Of a DNA stretch of 64,000 bases, positions 54,755 to 62,664 are shown piece after piece. The first letter of the stretch is position 1, and each line of letters starts with the position of its first letter. The stretch comes from Candidatus Bipolaricaulia bacterium. Its GTDB lineage: Bacteria > Bipolaricaulota > Bipolaricaulia > RBG-16-55-9. A model generated the notes under the pieces. The model was not told where the DNA came from. It searched no databases and was given only the letters and a program-made list of their open reading frames with translations. The stretch lies in contig JBDGQO010000003.1 of the NCBI GenBank assembly GCA_042219045.1, forward strand, positions 114,501-178,500, given 5' to 3'. Position numbers and translations under genes: made by a program.

Positions 54755-55684
54755 TTAGGGATGGGCGTCCGTCGATTCCGTGAACATGCGGTCCAAGCCA
54801 TCGCGGCTGACCAGATCGGGGATATCGACGTCAAGCGCCTGGGCGAGCTTGAGCATGGCGCCGATGGTCAAGTTCTGCTTGCCGTGCTCGACCGCGCTGA
54901 TGTAGGTGCGGTCCAATCCCGATGCGTCCGCCAGCGCCTGCTGGCTCCAGTCGCGAGCGCGGCGCAGCGCCTTGACGTGTCCGCCGAGCTGGACCAGAAC
55001 CTGTTCCAGCGACGGCAACTCGGCCTCCAGCCCGACGAGGCGGCGCGCTTCGTGGAGGGCCGTCAGGCATTCGCTGGCGAAGCCGTCTGCGCCGGCGGCC
55101 GTCAACTCGTCCCAGTGGGACAGTCCGGCGGGTCCGCCCACCAGGATGGCAGGTCGGGCCTCCAGCGCCTTCAACGCCGCCACGGTCTTGTGAGCCGCGT
55201 CGAGATGGGACGACAACGTGATCGACAGCGCGACCAGGTGATGGTCATGGCGCTCCACGAAGTCAACCAGGTTGGACGCCGGCATGTTCGCGCCGAGGAA
55301 GTCGACGTCCCAGCCGTCGAAGACGAGGACATCGGCGACCATGCGAGCCCCGATGCTATGTTGGTTTCCTTCCACAGCCGTGACGACGGCGGCGAGGTTG
55401 CGGGCCGCCCGGGGCCTGACTTCTCGCCGCAGGCGGGCCATCTGGCCCAGCGCGATCTGCGTCGCCAGGTGCTCGTCGGCGATGCCGTAGTCGCCCTGGC
55501 GCCAGAGTTCGCCGATCCGCGCAAGCGCGGGCCCCATCACCTCTTGGTACAGGGTCACGACATGGACGCCGCGATTAATGCCTTCGTCGAGCACAGCATC
55601 GGCCGTCCGGGCTTTGCCGTTGAGAAGGGCTTCTTTGTAACGAGCTCGCAGTGAGTCAAGGGGATCGTCGGTTGTCGAATCCAT
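54755..55684 (-). CDS. Cobalamin-binding (CarH-type) domain fused to C-terminal XRE/Cro-C1 HTH
   Basis: W61-x9-E71-H72, NQH109SIG, FLGA, ALSIT, ILVGG, GAD; C-terminal LRRARDWSQQALADASGLDRTYISAVEHGKQNLT. Confidence 0.9.
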   Translation of the reverse strand: MDSTTDDPLDSLRARYKEALLNGKARTADAVLDEGINRGVHVVTLYQEVMGPALARIGELWRQGDYGIADEHLATQIALGQMARLRREVRPRAARNLAAVVTAVEGNQHSIGARMVADVLVFDGWDVDFLGANMPASNLVDFVERHDHHLVALSITLSSHLDAAHKTVAALKALEARPAILVGGPAGLSHWDELTAAGADGFASECLTALHEARRLVGLEAELPSLEQVLVQLGGHVKALRRARDWSQQALADASGLDRTYISAVEHGKQNLTIGAMLKLAQALDVDIPDLVSRDGLDRMFTESTDAHP

Positions 55685-55690
55685 ATCAAC

Positions 55691-55719
55691 ATTGTGAATA
55701 TACTTGACAGAATTGTCAA
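55691..55719 (-). promoter_or_regulatory. Leaderless promoter of the B12-XRE gene with palindromic operator
   Basis: TTGACA-17bp-CACAAT-6nt-ATG on the minus strand; perfect palindrome TTGACA-GAAT-TGTCAA at 55704-55719. Confidence 0.75.
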
Positions 55720-55798
55720 ATTATGATATCTATATCCTACGGGCCAATTGATACGGGCAACCTCAAACCCAATCACCTAAGACGGAAAGGAGGACATC

Positions 55799-56014
55799 GT
55801 GAAAGCACTGAATATCGTTGCTCTCTTGCTGATCATCGTTGGTGCGCTGAACTGGGGCCTGGTCGGGCTCTTCGGCTTCGACCTTGTGGCGGCCATCTTC
55901 GGCGGCGGCGAGGTCGCGGACCGATCCACGATCAGCTCCATCATCTACATTCTCGTTGCCTTGTCAGGCATCTACGGGCTCTCGTTCTTCGGCAGCTTGA
56001 CCGAAGAGGGTTGA
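55799..56014 (+). CDS. DUF378 small membrane protein
   Basis: L.IVGALNWGLVGLFGFDLVA.IFG, IIYILV; AAAGGAGG SD, GTG start. Confidence 0.9.
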   Translation: MKALNIVALLLIIVGALNWGLVGLFGFDLVAAIFGGGEVADRSTISSIIYILVALSGIYGLSFFGSLTEEG

Positions 56015-56715
56015 AGTCCGCAGCGACGACGGTCGCGCTCATCTTGAGCGTGGCCTTCGGCATTCTCGGCCTATGGGCTCCGGACGCGGGGGCCCATAGG
56101 CCGCAGTTCTCCGAACCGCCTGCCCACTCGACTCCCGAGACAGCCCTCGAACTGCCGGATAACGACGTGTCACGGGCGATCTACCGCCGTGCGCCGAATG
56201 CCGACCCGTTCTGGGTGCGCTTGTCCGGCAACGCGGGAGAGCCGCTGAAGATCCAATTGGGCGTGCCGCGCATCGAACGGCTTGCGGACTTCCGCCCAAC
56301 GCTTGTGCTGGTCGGCCCCGGGCTGCCCCAGCCCGAAGCGCTGCCCCCGAGCATCGAACTGCCGATCGAGGGCGGCGCGCGCGTCTTTGCCACGGAGGGC
56401 GTCGATGATCCGCGCGTGTTCCATGAGGGAATTACGGGAACGGCGTCCTGGGTGATCGCGGAGCGCTCCCCCAAGCTCCCCGAGACGGGAACATATTACA
56501 TTGCCGTTCACTCGGCAGAATCGGGGCGATACTGGCTCTCAACCGGCACTCGGGAGGCATTTGGGCTTGCTGACGTGGCCAAGCTGCCGGCTTGGACCGA
56601 GCGGGTCCGTGCCTTCCACGAGGTCGAGGGCTGGCCCGCATGGATGACGATCACCACCCTCATTGCGGTCTTGCTGGCAATGGGCGGAATCTGGATAGGA
56701 GTGCGTTCGCTATGA
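56011..56715 (+). CDS. Hypothetical membrane-anchored protein
   Basis: TTG start overlapping DUF378 stop; signal peptide ending AGAH; PPC-like LPETGTYYIAV; C-terminal TM. Confidence 0.7.
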   Translation: MKSAATTVALILSVAFGILGLWAPDAGAHRPQFSEPPAHSTPETALELPDNDVSRAIYRRAPNADPFWVRLSGNAGEPLKIQLGVPRIERLADFRPTLVLVGPGLPQPEALPPSIELPIEGGARVFATEGVDDPRVFHEGITGTASWVIAERSPKLPETGTYYIAVHSAESGRYWLSTGTREAFGLADVAKLPAWTERVRAFHEVEGWPAWMTITTLIAVLLAMGGIWIGVRSL

Positions 56716-57629
56716 ACATCCTCATCACCGGAGCTACCGGCTTTATCGGATCCCGGCTTTGTGAGGCGCTCGCAGCGGCCGGGGATGCGCCGATCGCGCT
56801 GAGCCGTCGGCCCGCCGACGCGCAACAGCGCGTCCCAGCGCTTGCCAACGCGTTTGCATGGTCGCCCATGGAGGAGCCGCCGCCCCAAGAAGCGCTGGAG
56901 GGCGTCGACGCCGTCGTCCACCTCGCGGGCGAGAACGTCTCGGGCCGATGGACGGCCGAAAAGAAACGGGCCATTCGCGAGAGCCGCGTGCAGGGCACTC
57001 GGCACCTCGTTGAAGCCCTCCAACAGTCGGAATCGAAGCCGGGCGTCCTGGTATCCGCGAGCGCGGTCGGCATCTATGGCGACCGTGGCGACGAGGAGCT
57101 GACCGAAGACGCCGAGCCCGGTTCCGACTTTCTCGCCGACGTCTGTGCGGCCTGGGAAGCCGAAGCCCAACGCGCAGCGTCCAACGACGTGCGCGTCGTC
57201 AATCCGCGGATCGGGATCGTGCTCGGGCCGAACGGCGGCGCCCTCCAGGCGATGCTCACGCCGTTCAAGCTCGGCGCCGGCGGGCCGCTGGGATCAGGGC
57301 AGCAATGGTGGCCCTGGGTCCATCGCGAGGACGTCGTCGGGCTCATCCGGCACGCGATCGAGCACGACGATTTACAGGGGCCCGTCAACGCCACAGCCCC
57401 CAGCCCTGCGCGACAGCGGGACTTCGCCAAGGCACTCGGCCGTGTGCTGGGGCGACCCGCGTTGATGCCCGCGCCGGCGTTCGCGCTCAAGCTGCTGCTC
57501 GGCGAGTTCTCTCAAGAGCTGCTCGGCAGCCAGCGCGTCCTGCCCGAGCGCGCCCAAGCCGCGGGCTATACGTTCCAGTATCCAGATCTGGAGCCGGCCC
57601 TGCAGGCCATTCTGGAAAGCGAGGCTTGA
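56712..57629 (+). CDS. TIGR01777 family NAD-dependent epimerase (YfcH/SDR39U1-like)
   Basis: ITGATGFIG, HLAGE, SASAVGIYG, GGPLGSGQQWWPWVH, GPVNATAP. Confidence 0.93.
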   Translation: MNILITGATGFIGSRLCEALAAAGDAPIALSRRPADAQQRVPALANAFAWSPMEEPPPQEALEGVDAVVHLAGENVSGRWTAEKKRAIRESRVQGTRHLVEALQQSESKPGVLVSASAVGIYGDRGDEELTEDAEPGSDFLADVCAAWEAEAQRAASNDVRVVNPRIGIVLGPNGGALQAMLTPFKLGAGGPLGSGQQWWPWVHREDVVGLIRHAIEHDDLQGPVNATAPSPARQRDFAKALGRVLGRPALMPAPAFALKLLLGEFSQELLGSQRVLPERAQAAGYTFQYPDLEPALQAILESEA

Positions 57630-57631
57630 AC

Positions 57632-58090
57632 ATGCCGACGCTTGAGGCCGACATTTGGCTGCCCAAGCCACCCGAGGAGATCTTTCCGTTCTTTGCCGAC
57701 GCGAGCAACCTCGAGGTGCTCACGCCGCCGTGGCTCAACTTCCAAGTGCTGTCGCCCGAGCCGAGCGAGATCGATGAGGGGACGTTCATCCACTACAAGC
57801 TCCGCTTCCGTGGGATCCCCTTCCGTTGGGACAGCGAGATCACGGCGTGGGAGCCGCCGCATCGCTTCGTCGACGAGCAACGTCGTGGGCCGTATCGCCA
57901 ATGGATTCACGAACACGCCTTCGAGCCCCAGGACGGCGGAACGTTGGCCCGCGACGTCGTCCAGTACGCCGTGCCGGGCGGCGCGATCGTCGATCGGCTC
58001 GTGGTGCGCCGCGACATCGAGCGCATTTTCCAGTATCGGCGCCGGAAGCTGGACGAGCTCTTTGGCGCTGAGAGCTCAGCCGTCGCTTGA
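57632..58090 (+). CDS. SRPBCC-family protein
   Basis: FF....NL..LTPP, FVDEQRRGPY..W.HEH.F, IFQYR. Confidence 0.9.
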   Translation: MPTLEADIWLPKPPEEIFPFFADASNLEVLTPPWLNFQVLSPEPSEIDEGTFIHYKLRFRGIPFRWDSEITAWEPPHRFVDEQRRGPYRQWIHEHAFEPQDGGTLARDVVQYAVPGGAIVDRLVVRRDIERIFQYRRRKLDELFGAESSAVA

Positions 58091-58181
58091 ACTGCTGATG
58101 TTGGGGGCGTCGCTGATCTGTTGGGCCAACGGTTCGGAATGGAAATGGCCTCGGAAACGACGTCAGGGGGCGCGGGCAAGG

Positions 58182-59006
58182 TCAATGGTAGTCCGCAGCA
58201 AGGACCGTCGGGCCAGCTGGTCGCTCCTCAGGCGTATCGCCCGCCGGCTCCAACGTCACGAGAACGCGACTGACGGTCTCGGGCTTGCGGGTGATGAGCC
58301 AACCCTTGTTCTCGGTCAGCTCGTCCGTGCCGAACCGAACGGCTCCGGCGTTGAGGAGCGAGTCGTTGCGCTTGAACCAGACGTGATATTCGGCGTCGGC
58401 GGGCGGCCGCGAAATGTCGCCGACCAGCACCAACGCCAACTCCGACTCCGGATGGGAGATGACCGTGCCCCAAGAGCCCGATTCGCCCTCCGAGGTGGCG
58501 CTCAGGAACGTGGATGAGGCGTCCTCGTCACTGCGGGAGAGCAGGATCTCAAAGCCGGTCCGCAGCTCGCCCAGTTGTTGATCCAACTGGGTCATGGCGG
58601 TCTGCTGTTGGTAAATCAGCCCGCCGAGCACGATCAACAACGCCACGTTGACGCCGGCCACAGCCCAGCGCCAGCGGACGCCGCCCAGGATCGCCTGGAG
58701 GCGCTCAAGCCATGACGGGGCGCTTGGAACGTCGGTATGATCGGTATCATGGGCGGCTTCTGCGTCGGCTGGTGCGATCCGCTCCCAGACGCGCGACTTG
58801 GCATCAGAGGGCATCTCGATCGGGTCGAGCTCCTCGGCCGCATCCGACATCGCCGCGACCGTCTCCAACGCCTGCTCAAATGCCGCGTGGCAATCCGGAC
58901 AGTCTGTGAGATGGCCGTCGACGTCGTCTGCCTCATCGGCCGTCAGCGCGCCGAGCGCATGCAGCTCCAGACGATCTCGGACCTCGTCGCAACTCAGTCG
59001 GGCCAT
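58182..59006 (-). CDS. Anti-sigma factor (zf-HC2 + TM + RskA domain)
   Basis: ALGAL, H-x3-C-x2-C, TM, YHVW, VTLEPAG...PAGP. Confidence 0.88.
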   Translation of the reverse strand: MARLSCDEVRDRLELHALGALTADEADDVDGHLTDCPDCHAAFEQALETVAAMSDAAEELDPIEMPSDAKSRVWERIAPADAEAAHDTDHTDVPSAPSWLERLQAILGGVRWRWAVAGVNVALLIVLGGLIYQQQTAMTQLDQQLGELRTGFEILLSRSDEDASSTFLSATSEGESGSWGTVISHPESELALVLVGDISRPPADAEYHVWFKRNDSLLNAGAVRFGTDELTENKGWLITRKPETVSRVLVTLEPAGDTPEERPAGPTVLAADYH

Positions 59007-59590
59007 GGCGCCTCCTCCAGCGCATGCAACCATTCGCGCAGTTTCCGCAAGCCCGAGCGGGCCCGCGTCTTGACCGTCCCGAGGGGAATCTCCAGATGAT
59101 CGGCGATCTCCTGATGCGTCAGCCCGTCGAAATACGCCAACATCAGCACGCGGCGTTGCTCATCGTTCATCCTGCTCAGGGCATCGTGGAGACGGGCGTG
59201 GCGCGCGCTGCATTCGAGCTGTTGATGCGGATTGGCCTCCGGATGGCTTGCCTGCTCCAGGAGGCCGTCCAGCCGTTCGGTCGTGGATGGGTCGACTTGG
59301 TGTTGTCGCTGTCGGCGTTGACGACGCTTGCGGTCGACGGCCAGGTTGTGCGCGACGCGCAGGAACCAAGACGCGAAGCCGCCTCGGTTCGGGTCGAAAC
59401 CGTCCGGCCGTCGCCAGAGCTTGACGAAGGCTTCCTGAACGACGTCCTCGGCGGACGCCCGATCCAGCATCCGAGCGGCGAGCCCGTAGACCCGATCGGC
59501 GTATCGCTCATAAAGGGTCTCCAGAGCTGCCTGATCGCCGCGGCGCAGCTCGTCCACCAGCGCGGCATCGTCCGACGATTGGTACCCCAT
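58994..59590 (-). CDS. ECF sigma factor (SigK-like)
   Basis: AEDVVQEAF, FDPNRG..ASW, LAYFDGLTHQEIA...PLGTVKTR. Confidence 0.92.
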   Translation of the reverse strand: MGYQSSDDAALVDELRRGDQAALETLYERYADRVYGLAARMLDRASAEDVVQEAFVKLWRRPDGFDPNRGGFASWFLRVAHNLAVDRKRRQRRQRQHQVDPSTTERLDGLLEQASHPEANPHQQLECSARHARLHDALSRMNDEQRRVLMLAYFDGLTHQEIADHLEIPLGTVKTRARSGLRKLREWLHALEEAPWPD

Positions 59591-59826
59591 GACACTGCCC
59601 GATCCGTCCGTCCGACGCCGATCGGACCTGCGCGAGTTTATCAACTCAATCGATGCCTCGCCGGAGCGCAGCGCCGTCGCATCAGCTTCCTCGGCGTGAT
59701 CTCGGCGATCAAGCTCCATGACGTCCCTCGACGGCGCATCCTGTGCCTTAGCGTTGCGACAAGCTGCCGGGCTCCATGACCCCCGGCAGCTTGTCGCGTC
59801 CGATCGTCTCCACGGTTGGCCGAGCC

Positions 59827-60618
59827 TTAGCGCTGCGGCTGAATGTGAATCTGGATCGTGTCCTCGACGGACGAGTAGCTGAAGCCGTCGTCAACGTCGC
59901 TGACGGGGCGGACGACCTGGCCTTCCGCCTTACCTTGATCGGGGCCATCCTGGATCGGCGCGGAGTCGGGGCCGAAACCGGGTTCCTGGTTGACTTCGGT
60001 GCCGGCATCGTAGAGACCGACCAGGGCCGGTCGGACGGTGCCGTTGACGGGCTCCCCCGCCGCGTTGAACAGCCGAATGCCGTCGGCGTGCGGCGAGAGG
60101 AACAGGTCATTGGACGGGACGAACATCGAGGCGAAGGAGAGCTTGTCGCCCGGCTCAGCCTCGACCGTGAACTGGAAGCTGCCGCTCGGCGCGATCGGCG
60201 GCGCCCCCGGAACTGAGCCCATGGGATCGTTCGGATCCTCGATGGTGTTGCCCGGCGTGTAGGCGCCGAACGCCGAGACGCGGTCGACGTTGCCGAGCGT
60301 GGCGACGAGGCCGGGCTGGTTCTGCGGCGTGCCCGTCGGCGGACCCGCCTCGGCGAGGGCCTCAAGCCCGTCGCTGGCGTACGCGCCTTCGGTAAAGATC
60401 GGGTTGGACCCGTGATGGACCGCATAGGCACCGGGCGTGATCCAGACGGCGCCACCCGTGGCCGCGTCGGAGGGGAGCTCGTCAAGCGAGCCGACGTTGC
60501 GGATCGTGACCTGGAACGTCACGGGGCCGTCACTTCCCATGTCCTGCGCCTGCAGCGCTTGCGGACCGACAAGCCCGACCGCCAGAATCAAAGCGGCGAG
60601 CGTGAGTTTGCGAAACAT
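59827..60618 (-). CDS. Exported spondin-domain protein
   Basis: Signal peptide; GLEALAEAG, SMFVPSNDLF, YDAGTEVNQEPG. Confidence 0.85.
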   Translation of the reverse strand: MFRKLTLAALILAVGLVGPQALQAQDMGSDGPVTFQVTIRNVGSLDELPSDAATGGAVWITPGAYAVHHGSNPIFTEGAYASDGLEALAEAGPPTGTPQNQPGLVATLGNVDRVSAFGAYTPGNTIEDPNDPMGSVPGAPPIAPSGSFQFTVEAEPGDKLSFASMFVPSNDLFLSPHADGIRLFNAAGEPVNGTVRPALVGLYDAGTEVNQEPGFGPDSAPIQDGPDQGKAEGQVVRPVSDVDDGFSYSSVEDTIQIHIQPQR

Positions 60619-60643
60619 AGCAACATCCCTCCATCGGGTTGAG

Positions 60644-61156
60644 TCAGTTTGTGGAGTTTTCGAGCTTGGCTCGACCGAACAGCACGCTGAACGCCTTACA
60701 CCAGACGATCACCCCCTTATATTTCGCCAGATCCACCTCTTCGTCGATCTCGTAGTTTTGCGAGCCGACGTTGCCCTTCAATCGGCCGAGGCCGTGGTAA
60801 CCCTGGTCGGGATCGCCCTCGGGATCCTCGGTCAACCAGACGTAGAGATCCGGCCCGTTGATGACCTCGAAGTTGTCGTTGAACCGCAAGAGGCGTTGCC
60901 CCTCGGTCGTTTTGACGAGCTTGGCCATGCCGGATGCCCGGTGGACGCTGTCGGCGTTCCTCATCTTGCCCTGGCGCAAGACCGTCGGCCCTTGGCCCGA
61001 TGTCTCGGCGGTGGGCAGGGCCTCGCTCACCTGAACGTCGTAAAGCAAGGGGGAAAGTGTCCAATAGCCAAAGACACCGCCGGTCACAATTAGCGGAATC
61101 GCTATCGCCAGCAACAAGCGCCGAACTCGTCGATCCAGGGCATGCCAACGCTCCAT
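60644..61156 (-). CDS. DM13 domain protein
   Basis: N-terminal TM; H.ASG, NGPDLYVWL, LKGNVGSQNY, VIVWC..FSVLFG.A. Confidence 0.92.
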   Translation of the reverse strand: MERWHALDRRVRRLLLAIAIPLIVTGGVFGYWTLSPLLYDVQVSEALPTAETSGQGPTVLRQGKMRNADSVHRASGMAKLVKTTEGQRLLRFNDNFEVINGPDLYVWLTEDPEGDPDQGYHGLGRLKGNVGSQNYEIDEEVDLAKYKGVIVWCKAFSVLFGRAKLENSTN

Positions 61157-61477
61157 GGTAGCCTCCTTGATGGCCAGCGTTCGTTCTCTGCTTGGTCCTA
61201 CGTTGAGGTGGCCGATTTGGATTTTCGGGGGAAACCAGGTCTGGCCAATCCGAACGGGTGGGGAAGGAGACGCTGACCGCGGAGACGGGGACGGGCGCCG
61301 TTCAACATTGCCTGATCACCGCGCAAGCCCAGTCAAGTCAGTTGCTGTCAGCGGGGCCAACGTTGCGACCGTCGGTCGACTCGACTTGGGCGGTGGTCTG
61401 TAAGCCCGTGGGCGGGAAGCCCCGGCTTGTGCCTCAACAGCGTGCTTGTTATAAACGGACGCATCAGGGGGCTGTGC

Positions 61478-62602
61478 GTGACAAAATCAGTATCTCAAGA
61501 GCCTAAACGACAAAGCCAACTGAGGAATGAGGACCGCTTCCGCTGGCGCTGGTACGATCGATTAGCCATGTACCTGCCATCGGGGTTGTTGGCGGTGCTC
61601 GCGCGCCACTGGAACCACTACCATCGCCACCTCCGTCGCCCCGTCTGGACCCCCTTTGAGCGTTTCCTCATTATCCTTCCCTTCGGATTTTACGTAGCGC
61701 TAGGGCTGAGATGGATTCGCCGCAAGCTTACACAGCCGCCAACAACGTCATCGCCCGAGGCGTCGACATCCTGTGAGCTGTGCGAGGGACCTTGTGTACA
61801 GGATCTCGTCCTGAACGACGAGTACCCTTATCGCTTCAGCGAGGAGGTTCTGTCACGCTTGAGTTCCCAGTACTTTCGGAGTCACTTCCACGGCCTGGAA
61901 CGCATCCCCGACAACGGGCCCATCATCATCATGATGAATCATGCGGGAATGGCTTTCCCTTGGGATTTTCTCGTGTTCGCCGGCGAGCTAATGACGCAGC
62001 GCGGTCCCGATTACCCGCTCCGCGGCCCCGGCGAGAAGATCTTCACGCGCAATCCGATCATCAATCGGATTCTGCCCGAGCGTTGGCTGGAGACGATCGG
62101 CGGCGTGGAGGCAACGTACCGGAACATGGAGAAGATGGTCCGCCATGAGCAGGTCATCATCTACGCGCCCGAGGGCGTGGCCGGCATGGGCAAGGGCTGG
62201 AACCAACGATATCAGTTGGAGCCGTTCCACACGAGCTTTTTGCGGTTGGCCGCCAAGCACAATGCCACAATTGTGCCCGGGGTCTGCATCGGCAGCGAGA
62301 ACCTCCACCCCTGGGCGAGCGACGCGCCGTCGCTGGCCAAGCTGATCGGCTTTCCCTTCTTTCCGCTGTCCCTGATCTCGATCTGGCTGCCCATCTTTCC
62401 CTCGATGCTGGTCTACTCGCTGCCGATCCGGATGGACTACTACATTGATGACCCGATCGAGCTGCCGGAGGACGACTACGAGGCCTACACCAAAGCCGAC
62501 TGGCAGGCGCTTGCGGAGCAGTTCCGGCAGGATATGCAGGCAAGGGTCGACGCACGGCTCGATCCCGAGATTTCCTCCGGCGATGGGACCCGGGCGTCCT
62601 AG
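61478..62602 (+). CDS. Lysophospholipid/PlsC-family acyltransferase
   Basis: GLERIP..GP, NHAG...WD, YAPEG, FLRLA......IVP; start uncertain. Confidence 0.8.
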   Translation: MTKSVSQEPKRQSQLRNEDRFRWRWYDRLAMYLPSGLLAVLARHWNHYHRHLRRPVWTPFERFLIILPFGFYVALGLRWIRRKLTQPPTTSSPEASTSCELCEGPCVQDLVLNDEYPYRFSEEVLSRLSSQYFRSHFHGLERIPDNGPIIIMMNHAGMAFPWDFLVFAGELMTQRGPDYPLRGPGEKIFTRNPIINRILPERWLETIGGVEATYRNMEKMVRHEQVIIYAPEGVAGMGKGWNQRYQLEPFHTSFLRLAAKHNATIVPGVCIGSENLHPWASDAPSLAKLIGFPFFPLSLISIWLPIFPSMLVYSLPIRMDYYIDDPIELPEDDYEAYTKADWQALAEQFRQDMQARVDARLDPEISSGDGTRAS

Positions 62603-62664
62603 CGCTCGGGGTCAACCGCGGTGACGTCGCGGACGTCGCTCAAGGGGTCGCCAGTGGGCCGTCT

